A stretch of 64,000 bases of DNA from Curvularia clavata (taxonomy: Eukaryota): the NCBI GenBank assembly GCA_023920165.1, contig CP089276.1, positions 434,001 through 498,000 of the forward strand. Direction: 5' to 3'. Positions 24,752 to 36,063 of this stretch are shown here, in pieces. The notes beneath the pieces are model-generated. The model worked only from the letters and a program-made list of their open reading frames with translations. It searched no databases and was not told the DNA's origin. How positions within the stretch are numbered: the stretch's first letter is position 1; every line of letters starts with the position of its first letter. The position numbers were made by a program, and so were the translations under genes.

Positions 24752-27264
24752 TTGGACCTCGAGGAGTGTCGTTTGTACTGTCAAAGAGAGAAGGAGTTTA
24801 TTCGGCGTTCAGGACAGTGATACCCGGTTGACATAGTAGGCATGAGGCCTCAAAGATGTATATTGTAAATATTTCTTCATTGAACGTTTCCCTTGTCAAT
24901 ATGTTCACCAATACAGCATATCATCAAGTGCAGAGCTAGAAAAAGGAGGTTCCTGGTGATCAAACTTCGGAGGTATATCGAACTTTAGTGGTTGATCAGC
25001 GTGTAGATGCTAATCTACTGTATACCTCTACCCAGCGAGCTAGCAGAGGAAATGTTGATGAGAGTCGGAATGAGCCAAGATTGTGATGGAGCGATACCAG
25101 ACAGACTGCGTTCAATAGGGTGTATCGCTTCAGCTTGTTCGCCGTAACAGAATGCCTCAAAGCACTAAGTCGATATATCACCCCACTTTACCCAGACAAC
25201 GATCAGACGGTGATTCCACAACGCCTAGTGACGATCCGCACAACTGACGCGTCCCAACCCACCGACACCGATCCCCAGCCCCGGACTCATTAACGTCATT
25301 CTGCAGAATGCGCCCCATACCCTACCCACCGATCAACAAAAAGTTTGTCCTTTCACCACACCAGTGCTTACTAGTTGATGAACCGAAGCTCATGACTAGC
25401 GCCTGTACATGCATTCTCCGATCCACAAATTCCTTGTCGCCAAAAAGCTTCTTTCGGTTCCATCTACCCCCGAAATCAACACGCAATCAAAGACGTTCAA
25501 AAAGGTTTGTTGCCGAGATGCGGCCGAGGTAACGTTATAGACCGGACAGGCATCGGAGATTGAATAGCGAGGCGAGGTGGATGAGACTTGTTCCTTCTTC
25601 TCCTTTTCTATCAAAGAAGAATATTTCGTAGACGACGTGTTATGCCTACGTCATCTTTTATTTGTGCAGCAACCCTCCCAACAGCCCAACAAGACAAGCA
25701 CAGGGCATGCATAGTGGAGGATAAGAAAGAGATCCATGCCATTCAACAGAGAGTTTTGAACCCTGCAGCATGAAGTGGCTGTAGAACGATGCGACAAGAA
25801 GGTTTGACCGACGAAGAAATCAAACACCTAGAGAAAAGTACCTGCACGAAGAAAAATTGGTCGAAAGAATAGTCCATGCGCTAGGTAGAGCGCTGTAGGT
25901 GAGAGCTAGTTGTTGTGCAAAGCACGTACACACTACTCTCAGATCCGACACAAAGTAAGAAAAACCAAGTGAAGCAACGAGCAAAGAAAAGGCCAGCAGA
26001 CGTGATACACCACGATGACACAATTCATGCAAGCAAGACTACACTTACGCATACTGTATGCACTGCACACAACATGTCCGCGGGAAGGAAAAAGATTGAA
26101 GAATGATTACATTCATCATTGCCGCGCGCAAATTAGATCCACCATCCAATTATCCCGCAAGACATCCGCCCCATCAACACAACCAATGTATGTACGGTGT
26201 ACTCCACGGAATCCCCCGCACAAAAATTTCCAATACCGGGGGATGTGCTCACTTCCCTTAGTCACAATCATTTCTCTCCTTAGACCCCCCACCTTAGTTG
26301 ATCAGACATTCGGACACCGACAAATCCCAACACACTTTTCTAACCCTGCCTTGCCCCGAGGCGTGTGTCATCATAGGCCGTGCGCACCTTTTCTTACATA
26401 CATACTACATACAAACATGCACCACATATGCATCGATGTACATAATCTACAAGGAAGAACTCACAAGAAACAAACGAGCGAGGGGCAGCGGCATAATAGC
26501 ACGACATATACCATGGCATGCATGTCATCTTTTTTTGGTCCTCCGCGGCGAGCGCGCGCGCGCGGCTGGGAAATGAAATGAGTGCCAGTGTGCTGCGAGG
26601 TGATTGGTTGGGAGAGTGGAAATTGCAGGCGGGCATGGTTAAGTGAGTAAGGTAAGGCAAGGGGCGACTAAAAACGGGTGAGTAGGGGTACACAGCCTCG
26701 TTTCAGATGGCAATAGATCGAAGACTAGGGTAGTCGGGAAGGTCACGTGAATAGCAGACGACAAGTCAAACAAGGGAAATCAATTGGGAGATGGTAAACG
26801 TCACAGCAAGCATGAAGAAAAGGGAATTGAAGTTCTAAGTAAAATTCAAAGGCGAAGAATATGCTAGACGACTAAATGAGTAAAACAATGACAAAAAACC
26901 GCCATCACCCGATGGTCTTTTTGGCAAATACAAGTCAAGCTGTACAAACATAGGAAAAAGAGGGTTGGAACAACCGAGGGTCATGAAGACATGTCGCTCG
27001 TCGCCAAATATCTCGTCCCAAGGACCAAGCGCGACAAACACGGGAGTAGATGCTGAACGGATTCATCGTTTTGTGCCAAAAGGATATATTGTCGAGTATA
27101 CACGGAAACTGTCTGACCTAGATTTGCTCTTGATTCGACCACAAAGGAAACCCGCCCATCGCTTCTAGCCCCTGCCTGAGGAGACTTGGTACAATGGGCA
27201 GACTAGATAGGCAAGAAAATGGGCCAAGTGACCCTTACTACACAAACTAAGCGTTATTCAACGC

Positions 27265-29547
27265 TTAGTAGGTGGAGTATCCGCTGCCGTAGCTGCCGGC
27301 GGGAGCTGGGGTGGGAGTGGTCTCAGCCTCGGGGACAGCTGGGCTGGAGGAGGGCTTAGCAGCACCGTACTCGCCACCGGCGGGGTAGCCGCTGCCATAG
27401 CTGCCAGCGGGAGCGGGGCTGGGAGTGGAAGCGGACTCAGGGACAGCGGGGGTCGAGGGCTTAGCAGCACCGTACTGGCCACCGACGGGGTAGGCAGGGG
27501 AGGACTCAGCAGCGGCAGGGGTGGAAGGAGAGGGCTTAGCAGCGCCGTACTGGCCACCAACGGGGTAGGCAGGAGAAGACTCGGCGGCAGCTGGGACCGA
27601 GGGGGAAGCAGCTGGGGTCGAGGGCTTAGCAGCACCGTACTGGCCGCCTACGGGGTAGGCAGGAGCGGACGAGGCAGCGGCAGGGACGCTGGAGGCGGGA
27701 GTACCGGCGGTGGGGGTAGCCTTCTCAGAGACAAAGGTGAAGCTGGGGAGGATGGAGGTGGCGCTGCTAGATCCAGTGCCAACGGGCTGGTAGGGCATGG
27801 CGGAGGTCTTGAAGCCAGTGGGACCAGCGGGGTAGGGGTTGGTGCCGTTGCCGGGAACGGGGTACATGCCAGTGGGGACAGAGGGGACGCCAGAGGTCTT
27901 GTCAGCGGGGACAGCAGGGCCGGAGGGGTAGCCGTTACCGCCGGCAGGGCCAGAGGGAGTGGAGTCAGAGCCAGCGGGGACATCGCCAGAGGGGGTAGCA
28001 CCAGGGTAGCCAGCGGTCACGGTGATGGTCTCCTTGGCGGTCACGGTGACAGTGGTAGGAGCAGCGCAGTCCTCCTCACCAGCAGGGCCAGTGGGGTAGC
28101 CGTTGCCGCCGGCAGGGCCAGCAGGGCCAGATGGGACGGAGTCAGAGCCAGCGGGAACGTCACCGGAGGGAGTGGGCTTGACGGTGATGTACTTGGTCTG
28201 AGTGGAGGTGGAGCTGATAGTGCTGGTGATGTCGCCACCAGCAGGGCCAGTGGGGTAACCGTTGCCGCCAGCAGGAGCAGAGGGCGAAGCAGAGGTCTTG
28301 TCAGCGGGAACAGCGGGGGAGCTGCTGGGGTAGCCAGCACCACCGGCAGGGCCAGTGGGCTTGGCTCCAGGAACAGTGACAATGATGGTCTTGTACTGAG
28401 TGGAGGTGGAGACAGTGGTGACCTCGGTGGTAACGGGGCGAGCAGTGGTACCGACACCGATGGTGTAGATGAGGGTCTCGGTGTAGGTGTTGGTTACCTC
28501 AGAGACGGGGACCTTGCTGGTGATAGCCTGGCCAGTGGGCTTGGGAAGCTCACCCTGGGGGCAGACGGTGGTGCCAACGGGAACAACGCTGGTGACGAGC
28601 GAGGTGGACCTGGCAGGGCAGTCGGTGACGGTTGGTGGGCAGGCAGTCTTGGTGAAGACCTGGGTGCTGTAGATGGTGCTGGTGACCATGTCGCTGACTG
28701 GAGTGGAAGAGGCTGGGACAGAGCCAGTTCCGGTGGGGTAGAGAGGGTAGCCAGTTCCAGCCATGCTGCTGGTGGCAGCCTCAGGAACAACCGGGGAAGG
28801 AGAAGAAGGCTTAGCCTGGCCGCCGGTGGGGTAAACACCGGATGGGTAGGCACCAGAGGGGACAACGGAGCTCATCGAGACGCCAGCAGGGACGGAAGAT
28901 GAGGTAGCAGCCTCAGGGACAACTGGGGAAGAGGGCTTGCCGGCAGGGTAGCCAGTGCCGTAGTTGCCAGCGGGAGGAGCTGGGCTAGGGGTGGTAGCGG
29001 CCTCTGGGACAGCTGGGGTGGAAGGCTTAGCACCATACTCGCCGCCAGCAGGGTAGGCAGGGGTGGACTCAGCACCAGCTGGGACGGAAGAAGAGCCAGC
29101 TGGGACTGAGGGAGCAGCTGGGGAGGAGGGAGAAGCAGCTGGGACGGAAGGAGCCGCTGGGGAAGAAGGAGAGGCCGCTGGGACGGAGGGAGCAGCTGGG
29201 GAGGAGGGAGAGGCAGCCGGGGAAGACTGGCCACCGACGGGGTAGCCGGAGCCGTAGTTGCCAGCAGGAGCAGGGCTGGGGGTGGTGGCAGCCTCGGGGA
29301 CAGCTGGGGAGGATTGACCGCCAACGGGGTATCCGCTGCCGTAGTTGCCAGCAGGAGCTGGGCTGGGGGTGGTAGCGGACTCTGGGACAACTGGGGAGCT
29401 GACGGCGGGAGTGCTGCCGGTACCGACGGGAGCAACTGGGTATCCACCGTAGGAGCCGTAGTTGCGGCGAGCCATGCGCTGGCTGCGAGCCTCGGCGGCG
29501 TCGGCAGCGGCGAGAGCGGCCAAGAAGGCGACAGTAAGCTTCATCAT
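27265..29547 (-). CDS. Secreted Pro/Ala/Ser/Thr-rich repetitive cell-surface/cell-wall protein
   Basis: Signal peptide MMKLTVAFLAALAAADA, RR site before NYGSYGGY, multiple tandem repeats, TSTIYSTQVFTKTACPPTVTDCP motif. Strong C-ending codon bias suggests high expression. Confidence 0.88.
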   Translation of the reverse strand: MMKLTVAFLAALAAADAAEARSQRMARRNYGSYGGYPVAPVGTGSTPAVSSPVVPESATTPSPAPAGNYGSGYPVGGQSSPAVPEAATTPSPAPAGNYGSGYPVGGQSSPAASPSSPAAPSVPAASPSSPAAPSVPAASPSSPAAPSVPAGSSSVPAGAESTPAYPAGGEYGAKPSTPAVPEAATTPSPAPPAGNYGTGYPAGKPSSPVVPEAATSSSVPAGVSMSSVVPSGAYPSGVYPTGGQAKPSSPSPVVPEAATSSMAGTGYPLYPTGTGSVPASSTPVSDMVTSTIYSTQVFTKTACPPTVTDCPARSTSLVTSVVPVGTTVCPQGELPKPTGQAITSKVPVSEVTNTYTETLIYTIGVGTTARPVTTEVTTVSTSTQYKTIIVTVPGAKPTGPAGGAGYPSSSPAVPADKTSASPSAPAGGNGYPTGPAGGDITSTISSTSTQTKYITVKPTPSGDVPAGSDSVPSGPAGPAGGNGYPTGPAGEEDCAAPTTVTVTAKETITVTAGYPGATPSGDVPAGSDSTPSGPAGGNGYPSGPAVPADKTSGVPSVPTGMYPVPGNGTNPYPAGPTGFKTSAMPYQPVGTGSSSATSILPSFTFVSEKATPTAGTPASSVPAAASSAPAYPVGGQYGAAKPSTPAASPSVPAAAESSPAYPVGGQYGAAKPSPSTPAAAESSPAYPVGGQYGAAKPSTPAVPESASTPSPAPAGSYGSGYPAGGEYGAAKPSSSPAVPEAETTPTPAPAGSYGSGYSTY
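29100..29220 (-). repeat. Three ~39-nt coding tandem repeats (AASPSSPAAPSVP)
   Basis: Visible in the translation and as near-identical ggagcagctggggaggagggaga-like units in the DNA. Confidence 0.85.
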
Positions 29548-32500
29548 GATTGCGAAATCAAAGGTTCCTTGCTCTTAAACAATGAATGGTCTTGACACGA
29601 AACGAAGTGCGAGAAAAGGACAATCGGGCGTGGAAGCGGGTTGAAAATCCAGGAAAGAGTGACTGGATGATTCAAAGAAAGTGGCGTCCGAAGACAGATG
29701 GATAGCGAGTGTGAGAAGGAATGGTGCCTTGCGGTAGAGAAGAAAAATCAAGGAGCGGAGGGGAGCAGTATATGAACTTCCCGGGCGTGCATGGCGGGCG
29801 GGGGGCCAAGCATAGTGTGGGTTGCTATTGGCAGCACAGATGAGTGAGGTCGACAGGCCCCTGGCGGCTGTTAATTTCGTTCAGGAACAACCGGTGACAG
29901 GGGCCAGTAGGTGGGCAGCATTAGCCAGGTACGCTGCCCAGGGGCGTCTCCCGGCCAGCCACTCACAGACGCCCACGGCCAACGTCGCCTGCGCCGCCCG
30001 CACGCCGTCACCGCTACGCTTTTCGCCATGCCATTGCAAATCAGCGAAGCCGCCGGGCGACAGCGCACCACGCCGCACCATGCATGTCTGCTCTCTCACT
30101 CGCGCCGTCGTCTGCGGGCCCACGGCCTGCCGCACAAGTCAGGCGCCCAGCTGCCTCTGAACCCCATCTTTTTTTGCTCGCCAGCGGCCCCCTTGCCATG
30201 GTGTTTCATGGCGCTTGGCCAGAATAGAAGCCGGCTAAGCGCAGATCCTCCCTGCCACCACATGCAGGCGGGTACCTCGCAGAATCCAGTATGGGCCCTG
30301 TCGGCGAGCATGCCCCATTGCGCTCCTTCGAGCCTGCTCCAGAACCGCCTGCAAAGGCGATTTCGGCCTATTTCCCACCACCGGCGCTATTCTCCAGAGC
30401 ACAATGCCATGCCTTTGTGGTACCAGTCGCTGCGCCACCATCGGCTTCCGCTATCATGACTGGCGGCGACGACGACGCTTTGGTGATGCTTTGTCGATAG
30501 GCGTGTGGCTCGGGGAACGGGGCATCGGTGGATCGACTGGTTGACGCCTTTGTGCAAGCGTGGGTCATGGTGCGACGCGCGACCTGCAGCCAGCGCCCTG
30601 CGCCCTCGCCTTCACAAGTCTGCACAAAAGAACCAAAGACGCCCTCACCGTCTGTTAGCATGAATCGACGACGCGCAAGCCACCACTGGCTCGTCATTGG
30701 CGTTGGCTCTGCGCCGCATCGTCATGGGCGATTGCGAATCAACGGTGCGCCAACCGAAGGCCTCAGTGCTTACTCGGCACCTTTCATAGTAGTCGCACAG
30801 TCGGTGGTTGCACAGCAGCTTCCCTTCAGCTCCGAGACATGCCCTCGCCGTCTTTCCGTCGTCGCATAACACACAGCCACAGTCGGCCGTGGGGTGTCGG
30901 TCTCAGGCTGTTGCAAGATGGTCGGATACCCCTAATTCCCAATCTGGTCGTCGCTGTCACAATCGTCGGCATCGGCTTTTGCGTACCGGTTTGCGATGCC
31001 GTAGGGGTCAAGGTGCCCGGGTGCCAGGTGCTGGGCCCACCAAAGTTGCCTTTTCCGTGCCGGGTCCCTGTTGTCTCTTGCAATGCAATGCACCGGGAAC
31101 ATGGCATGTTCTCGACTCTCAGCGAACATGCACCCCATTGCTCGGAAATGAGGGCGATCCGTCACTGTTTCCACTTCGTTTCTGGTCTGTGTCTTGATGC
31201 CCTCGCTCGTCACTGGCTGAGCAGCCATGTCCTGACGGGGATTCGTTCCGCAATCGACATGTGCGAGGTAAATGAGGCAATATTGCAGATGAGCAACACG
31301 AACAATCCGATAAATATGGTCCAAGGAGAGAGGGCGAGGCCCAGCAGCCATCGAATGTTGTGTTGGGATATCCACAAAGGTGCGTGGTCGAGGTCCGAGG
31401 TCGTCAACAGGCCAAGCAGCGGTCATGTTGCCACAACATGGCAAGAGCCTCGCCGTCGTGTTTTTTGTTCTGGAAGGCGCCCTCGGTCGTTCACGCCAAG
31501 CACCAACGGTTGTGCATTCCAACAGTCACCGCCACACCCCTCTTGCACTGGCACGAAACACTACCCCTCTTTTGCTTCATGCCGCTTGCTTCCCACCCCC
31601 GCACCACCACGACTACTACCACCACTCTCACTGGGTGACGTACTCTGTCTGGTCCCCCTCTTGTGCGGCATCAACGACCCATACCAAGCCCTTCCCTATT
31701 ATCAAACTCGTCGCTAGCCTACCAATCTGCTGCAGCGGTTCGCCCCGCTCTTCGAAACAAAGTCTCGGGACTGACATGAAACGAAACAATAGGCCATGAC
31801 AACGTGTAACTGGTCATGTTTTCAAGACACCGTTCCGCCAGCAGGACGTCATTGTTGCTCAATCGTATTGGTCGGCCAAGACGACGTCCTTGTAGGTGGC
31901 AGATGGAGCCGCGGTACTGCAACTTGAAGGCAATATTCATGCATCCATCTCATCCTGACTACCATCTCAGCCATTTCTGTCATTCGCTGATGACCAAGCC
32001 ATCTGCAGACTTGCTTCTAGGGCCAGGTTCTGGCCTATCGATACGCTCAGCCGCATGTAACGCCTGTTTCAGATCGTCCCATGGTACTATTGAGCCACTA
32101 CATGGCACCAAGGTGTCATGCTAGCCCTACCGCCAGAGCCAAACTATGCTTGCTTTTTTTATTCTGGTCGAGCCCGGCGCCACTGGGCGAGCACCGGCGT
32201 GAAACAAAGTCTAAACCGTTGATGTGACGTATGCAGAGTTGACATCTCGACAGCATTGCGTGTCTTCTTTTGGAGAAACTTTCTGGCTAGTGCACGTGGT
32301 TGTGAAATATTTACTTTCTACATAGTTACCATTTGGAATTCTTCTTTACGCTGCCCCAACTATGATGAGTAGTCAGCGTAGTATATAACGATTATTATTC
32401 TATTGAAAATTAAATTTTATTCACGTCATCCAATAAACTCTTTCAACTTGACAGAAGCAAAATTATTGATCTTGGTATCATCTCACCCTGATAGCTGCAA

Positions 32501-35255
32501 GTCGTGATTAATCCATACACCCGTCATATACCTCATACACCCATTCCTTCCACACCTTAATCTCCATCCAGCCTACCAAATCCTTCAACCTCGGCTTGAT
32601 CCTTCACACCCTGCCCAATCCAACCTTTCTTTTCCCACCCACCTCATTCCATGTCTCCAGCCTCAAAATCTCACTCAAAATCCTGCAAACGCCACATCCC
32701 CTCTAGCCGCGCACCGTCCAAACACAAAAGAGAAAGAAAAAAAAAGGTTTCGCTCCACTAGCGCCCGCGCGCCCGACCCCGGCTTACCCGCTCCGCTGCA
32801 CAACCGCCAAACTATCTCTCGTATATGCACACAATACGAAGCGCCAGTTTTTTTAGGTCAATAGAGGAGTCTGTGCACTGGAGTGTGCGTGAGATGTTCT
32901 ATCTTTCCATGTATTATATATTATCGCCATAGCAAGCCTGAGCCCTGGATGGGTTTGTTGAATATATCATGTAGTTGTCGAGCAGCTGTTTTTATATACC
33001 TAGGTGCGAAATGGTTTTGGATTGTAGAGACGTATGAACTATATTTTGAGTTAGAAGATGTGCGATTTTATGGAATTAATGTAAGTAACTTGAGTTCAAG
33101 ACTATTGTCGAGATTTTTTTGAAGCAAGTAAGCGGAAATAGAAGAGGGGGAAAAGAGCAGGACTTGAGCTTGATGAGAACTTGGAGTTGCCCACCTAGTA
33201 TTATGCGCCCAGGAGTATTTAAATCATAAAGCCCAGCTCTCCTCTCATGTTGGATTCTTTCTTAAATAAAGGACTCAAAGACTTTGCTCGTCTTCGATTG
33301 CGATGCCACTACAGCATTTTTACATGGTCATTTCATAGAGATATGCTCCACCTCCTTCAATCGCCACTCATTCAATCCCGTTACGCTGAATATACAAATT
33401 ACCACACAAGTCCACAGCTAAACAAGGGCAAACACGTATGAGTAGCTTGTAAGGGGCCTGAAACTGCTGTGCCGCTCTCTGCCTAATCGCTGCTCGCTGC
33501 CTCGCCTTGTTCTTCAAATACAGGACGAATTGCTCGTACTTAATACTTCGCATCTACCTTTGCATTCTATTTGACTACATACTTCCTTAGCTACTCTTCT
33601 TTTTTGGATTTCTCACTACCATGACAATCGCTTCCAAGATTCATCGAAACTCTCTACCACATCCCCAAAGAAAATATCGAAAAACTAGAAGAAGAGCATA
33701 ACCCCTGAGGCAGTCGCAAGATGATACAGCATTTCGCCTCGATGCACGTTCCGTTCCAGACATCTTAGACGGATTGAAGCTGGACGAAGCCCAGGGATTT
33801 TATCAATAAGGAACTGGAGCTCAAACGATGAATAACAACAATAGCCCATGGCGCGTCTTCCACTCCGCAGATGCTGAGATACTGGAAGATCCTGATCTCT
33901 GCCTACTCACGGTTGTAGGAGCTGGTTATGACCCTGCTGCCGTGCATAGAAATACTCGGGTTCGGAAGGTTTATTTTGGATGGACAATTATGTATGCCAC
34001 AATCATCTTGGGTTTGTATCACCAGCTGGACTTGTTCTCATTAAGGATACTGGCCAGTCATAGGCCTGGAGTATTCTGGGACCCGAGAGATCACTACTAA
34101 AACGTGTCTCGTATGCGAGAGACGATTGTGAAAAGGAAATCGGAATGAAAATATTCTGATAGAACAATTATAAGAGAAAGAAGAGGTCGCATTCTGTGCA
34201 GAATCGTATCACTTTGCAATATGAACTTCTGTAGGGTGTTCACAATAATTATTATGCGTCCTTTTTTTTGTTGGCGATCCGGGAGCTGCAATGTTAATAA
34301 TGCCTCACACGTTTAGCTGAAGACCTTTGCTGATTCTGATATGATGGTACTGATCATGCAGAGGCATGGTGTTCCGAACTCTGTTCGCTAAATGTGGCGG
34401 AAAAGGGGTTCTCTGCGGAAGACGTGACGCGTTCTCGGCGGTTTGACACGCGATTCACCGAGCCACTGTTAAGCGCGTGAGAAGAGCGGCAAGGATCCTA
34501 ATGCGTGTGTACGGCATGCTGCATACAGCTTTCAACGCCATTTTTCAGAACTTACTCAAAGTAGTATCTACGCTTTACAGTCGTTGCGGTATTATGCCTC
34601 ACTGCATAAGCGCTAGTGGAATCTGTGTACTCGACCTCAGAGTGGCGTGACCAAGAGCAGTCTACACATGCACGTGTCTATACCCAGACATGATGAAGAC
34701 ACTGTGACTAAAGAATATGTACGTCCAGCGGACTGAAGCTTTTCTTACCTACTGTCAATACATCTGACTAATATTTCAAGGTCAATAGCTGTTCTGGGTA
34801 ATGACTAGCTTAAAGACGTGTCATGACTAGCCCTAGAATGCTACTCTACGAGTGCTGACGTATGTCTCTAGGATTTTGAGAATCATCCCACGTTGTTTGA
34901 AGTTTTCTTGTTATGTAGAGGTGTGGTCCAAATCGTACCGAAGCCGACCCTGGCCCATTTCCGTCTACTATTTCGATACCATGCTTCAAGAAACCACCCA
35001 TATACCTCACCTGAGTTGAAGAGAGAGAGAGAGAGCTGAAAGGACTAGCGATTGTGCAGTTTAAAACAGATACTGTGTTATTTAGCGAGATACTTCTGAG
35101 AGAAAGACGGATGCTAGTTCTGAATCTGCTAATCTAAAGTCCATGCTCTCGTCTGCAAACAGCTGGCAAACGACTCAGACGAAAAAAATTGTACTTTTTG
35201 ACGCCGCTATACCTCGATCGCTGTATCATTGACTGAGCTTGAATCAGACAAGGCT

Positions 35256-35546
35256 ACTGCGGTCCCTTCAAATTGCATGTCGTACCCGAAACCGTCGGAC
35301 AATATGTAGTAAGTAATCGTCCATACCTGCCGTTGTGAACATCGTTAGCTGCAAATATCAGGTGCCTCGGTTCAGAAAACGGCTACATACCTTCCCGCTA
35401 CGTGTGCAGTAGGAGTCCTAAGCATAACCGTTACAGCAGTTGTCCCCAGTAGAGGGCAGTTTTGTTCCAATATTGCCGTCGGGCATGCATGCGAGTGCTT
35501 GAGAGCTCAGGAGAGTGAGAGGAGAGGTCAGTAGAATAAAACGCAT
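35256..35546 (-). pseudogene. Probable disrupted small secreted cysteine-rich protein gene
   Basis: MRFILLTSPLTLLSSQALA-CMPDG...NCCNGYA*DSYC with an in-frame TAG. Canonical intron 35327-35390 (GTATGT..CTAAC..CAG), then a downstream Cys-containing frame. Confidence 0.5.
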
Positions 35547-36063
35547 TTTTGATTTTTGGCTCTTGCTTAAGTAATGCTTGCCTCGCGCTTTAATAGTAAG
35601 AATAGAAGGCGAGGAAGAGAGGTTGCGACACTCCTGTGATTTATATACTATGAGATACAAGCTTACCTGTATGATGTAAACGAATAAGGTGGGAAATTGG
35701 CAAGCCCTATTAACATAGTGGAGTCTCGGAGGTTTAATATGTAAAGCTGTACTACAGTGGGGTATCGTATTGATAACACTAAACGTACTCGTATGTAGAG
35801 AAGCGCCTATTGTTGTAATAACTGACTCTCATCCCCTGTCCCCAAGTAAGCCGGATGTGTAGGAAAATCATTGCTGATAGCATCTACAAGCTTTCTGCTT
35901 CCTGAAGTGCTAGTCTTATACGTTAGGCATCATGTTCTTTGAGACACCTTCTCCATGGTTTCACCACGCAAATAGCAAGATATACGGATCAACTACGCAT
36001 TTGAATTGGGCTGCGCGACAGTGTATAGCAGTAGTAAGAACGAGAAGTCTATAGTGACCAAGA

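Noticed and set aside
27265..29547. Tandem repeats as CRISPR array or satellite
   Set aside because: Repeats are in-frame coding units with synonymous variation in a eukaryotic gene, with no spacer structure.
29800..32200. Several long ORFs (up to 292 aa) on both strands
   Set aside because: Cys/Arg/Pro-rich random-like translations without motifs. Likely the long promoter of the secreted repeat protein.
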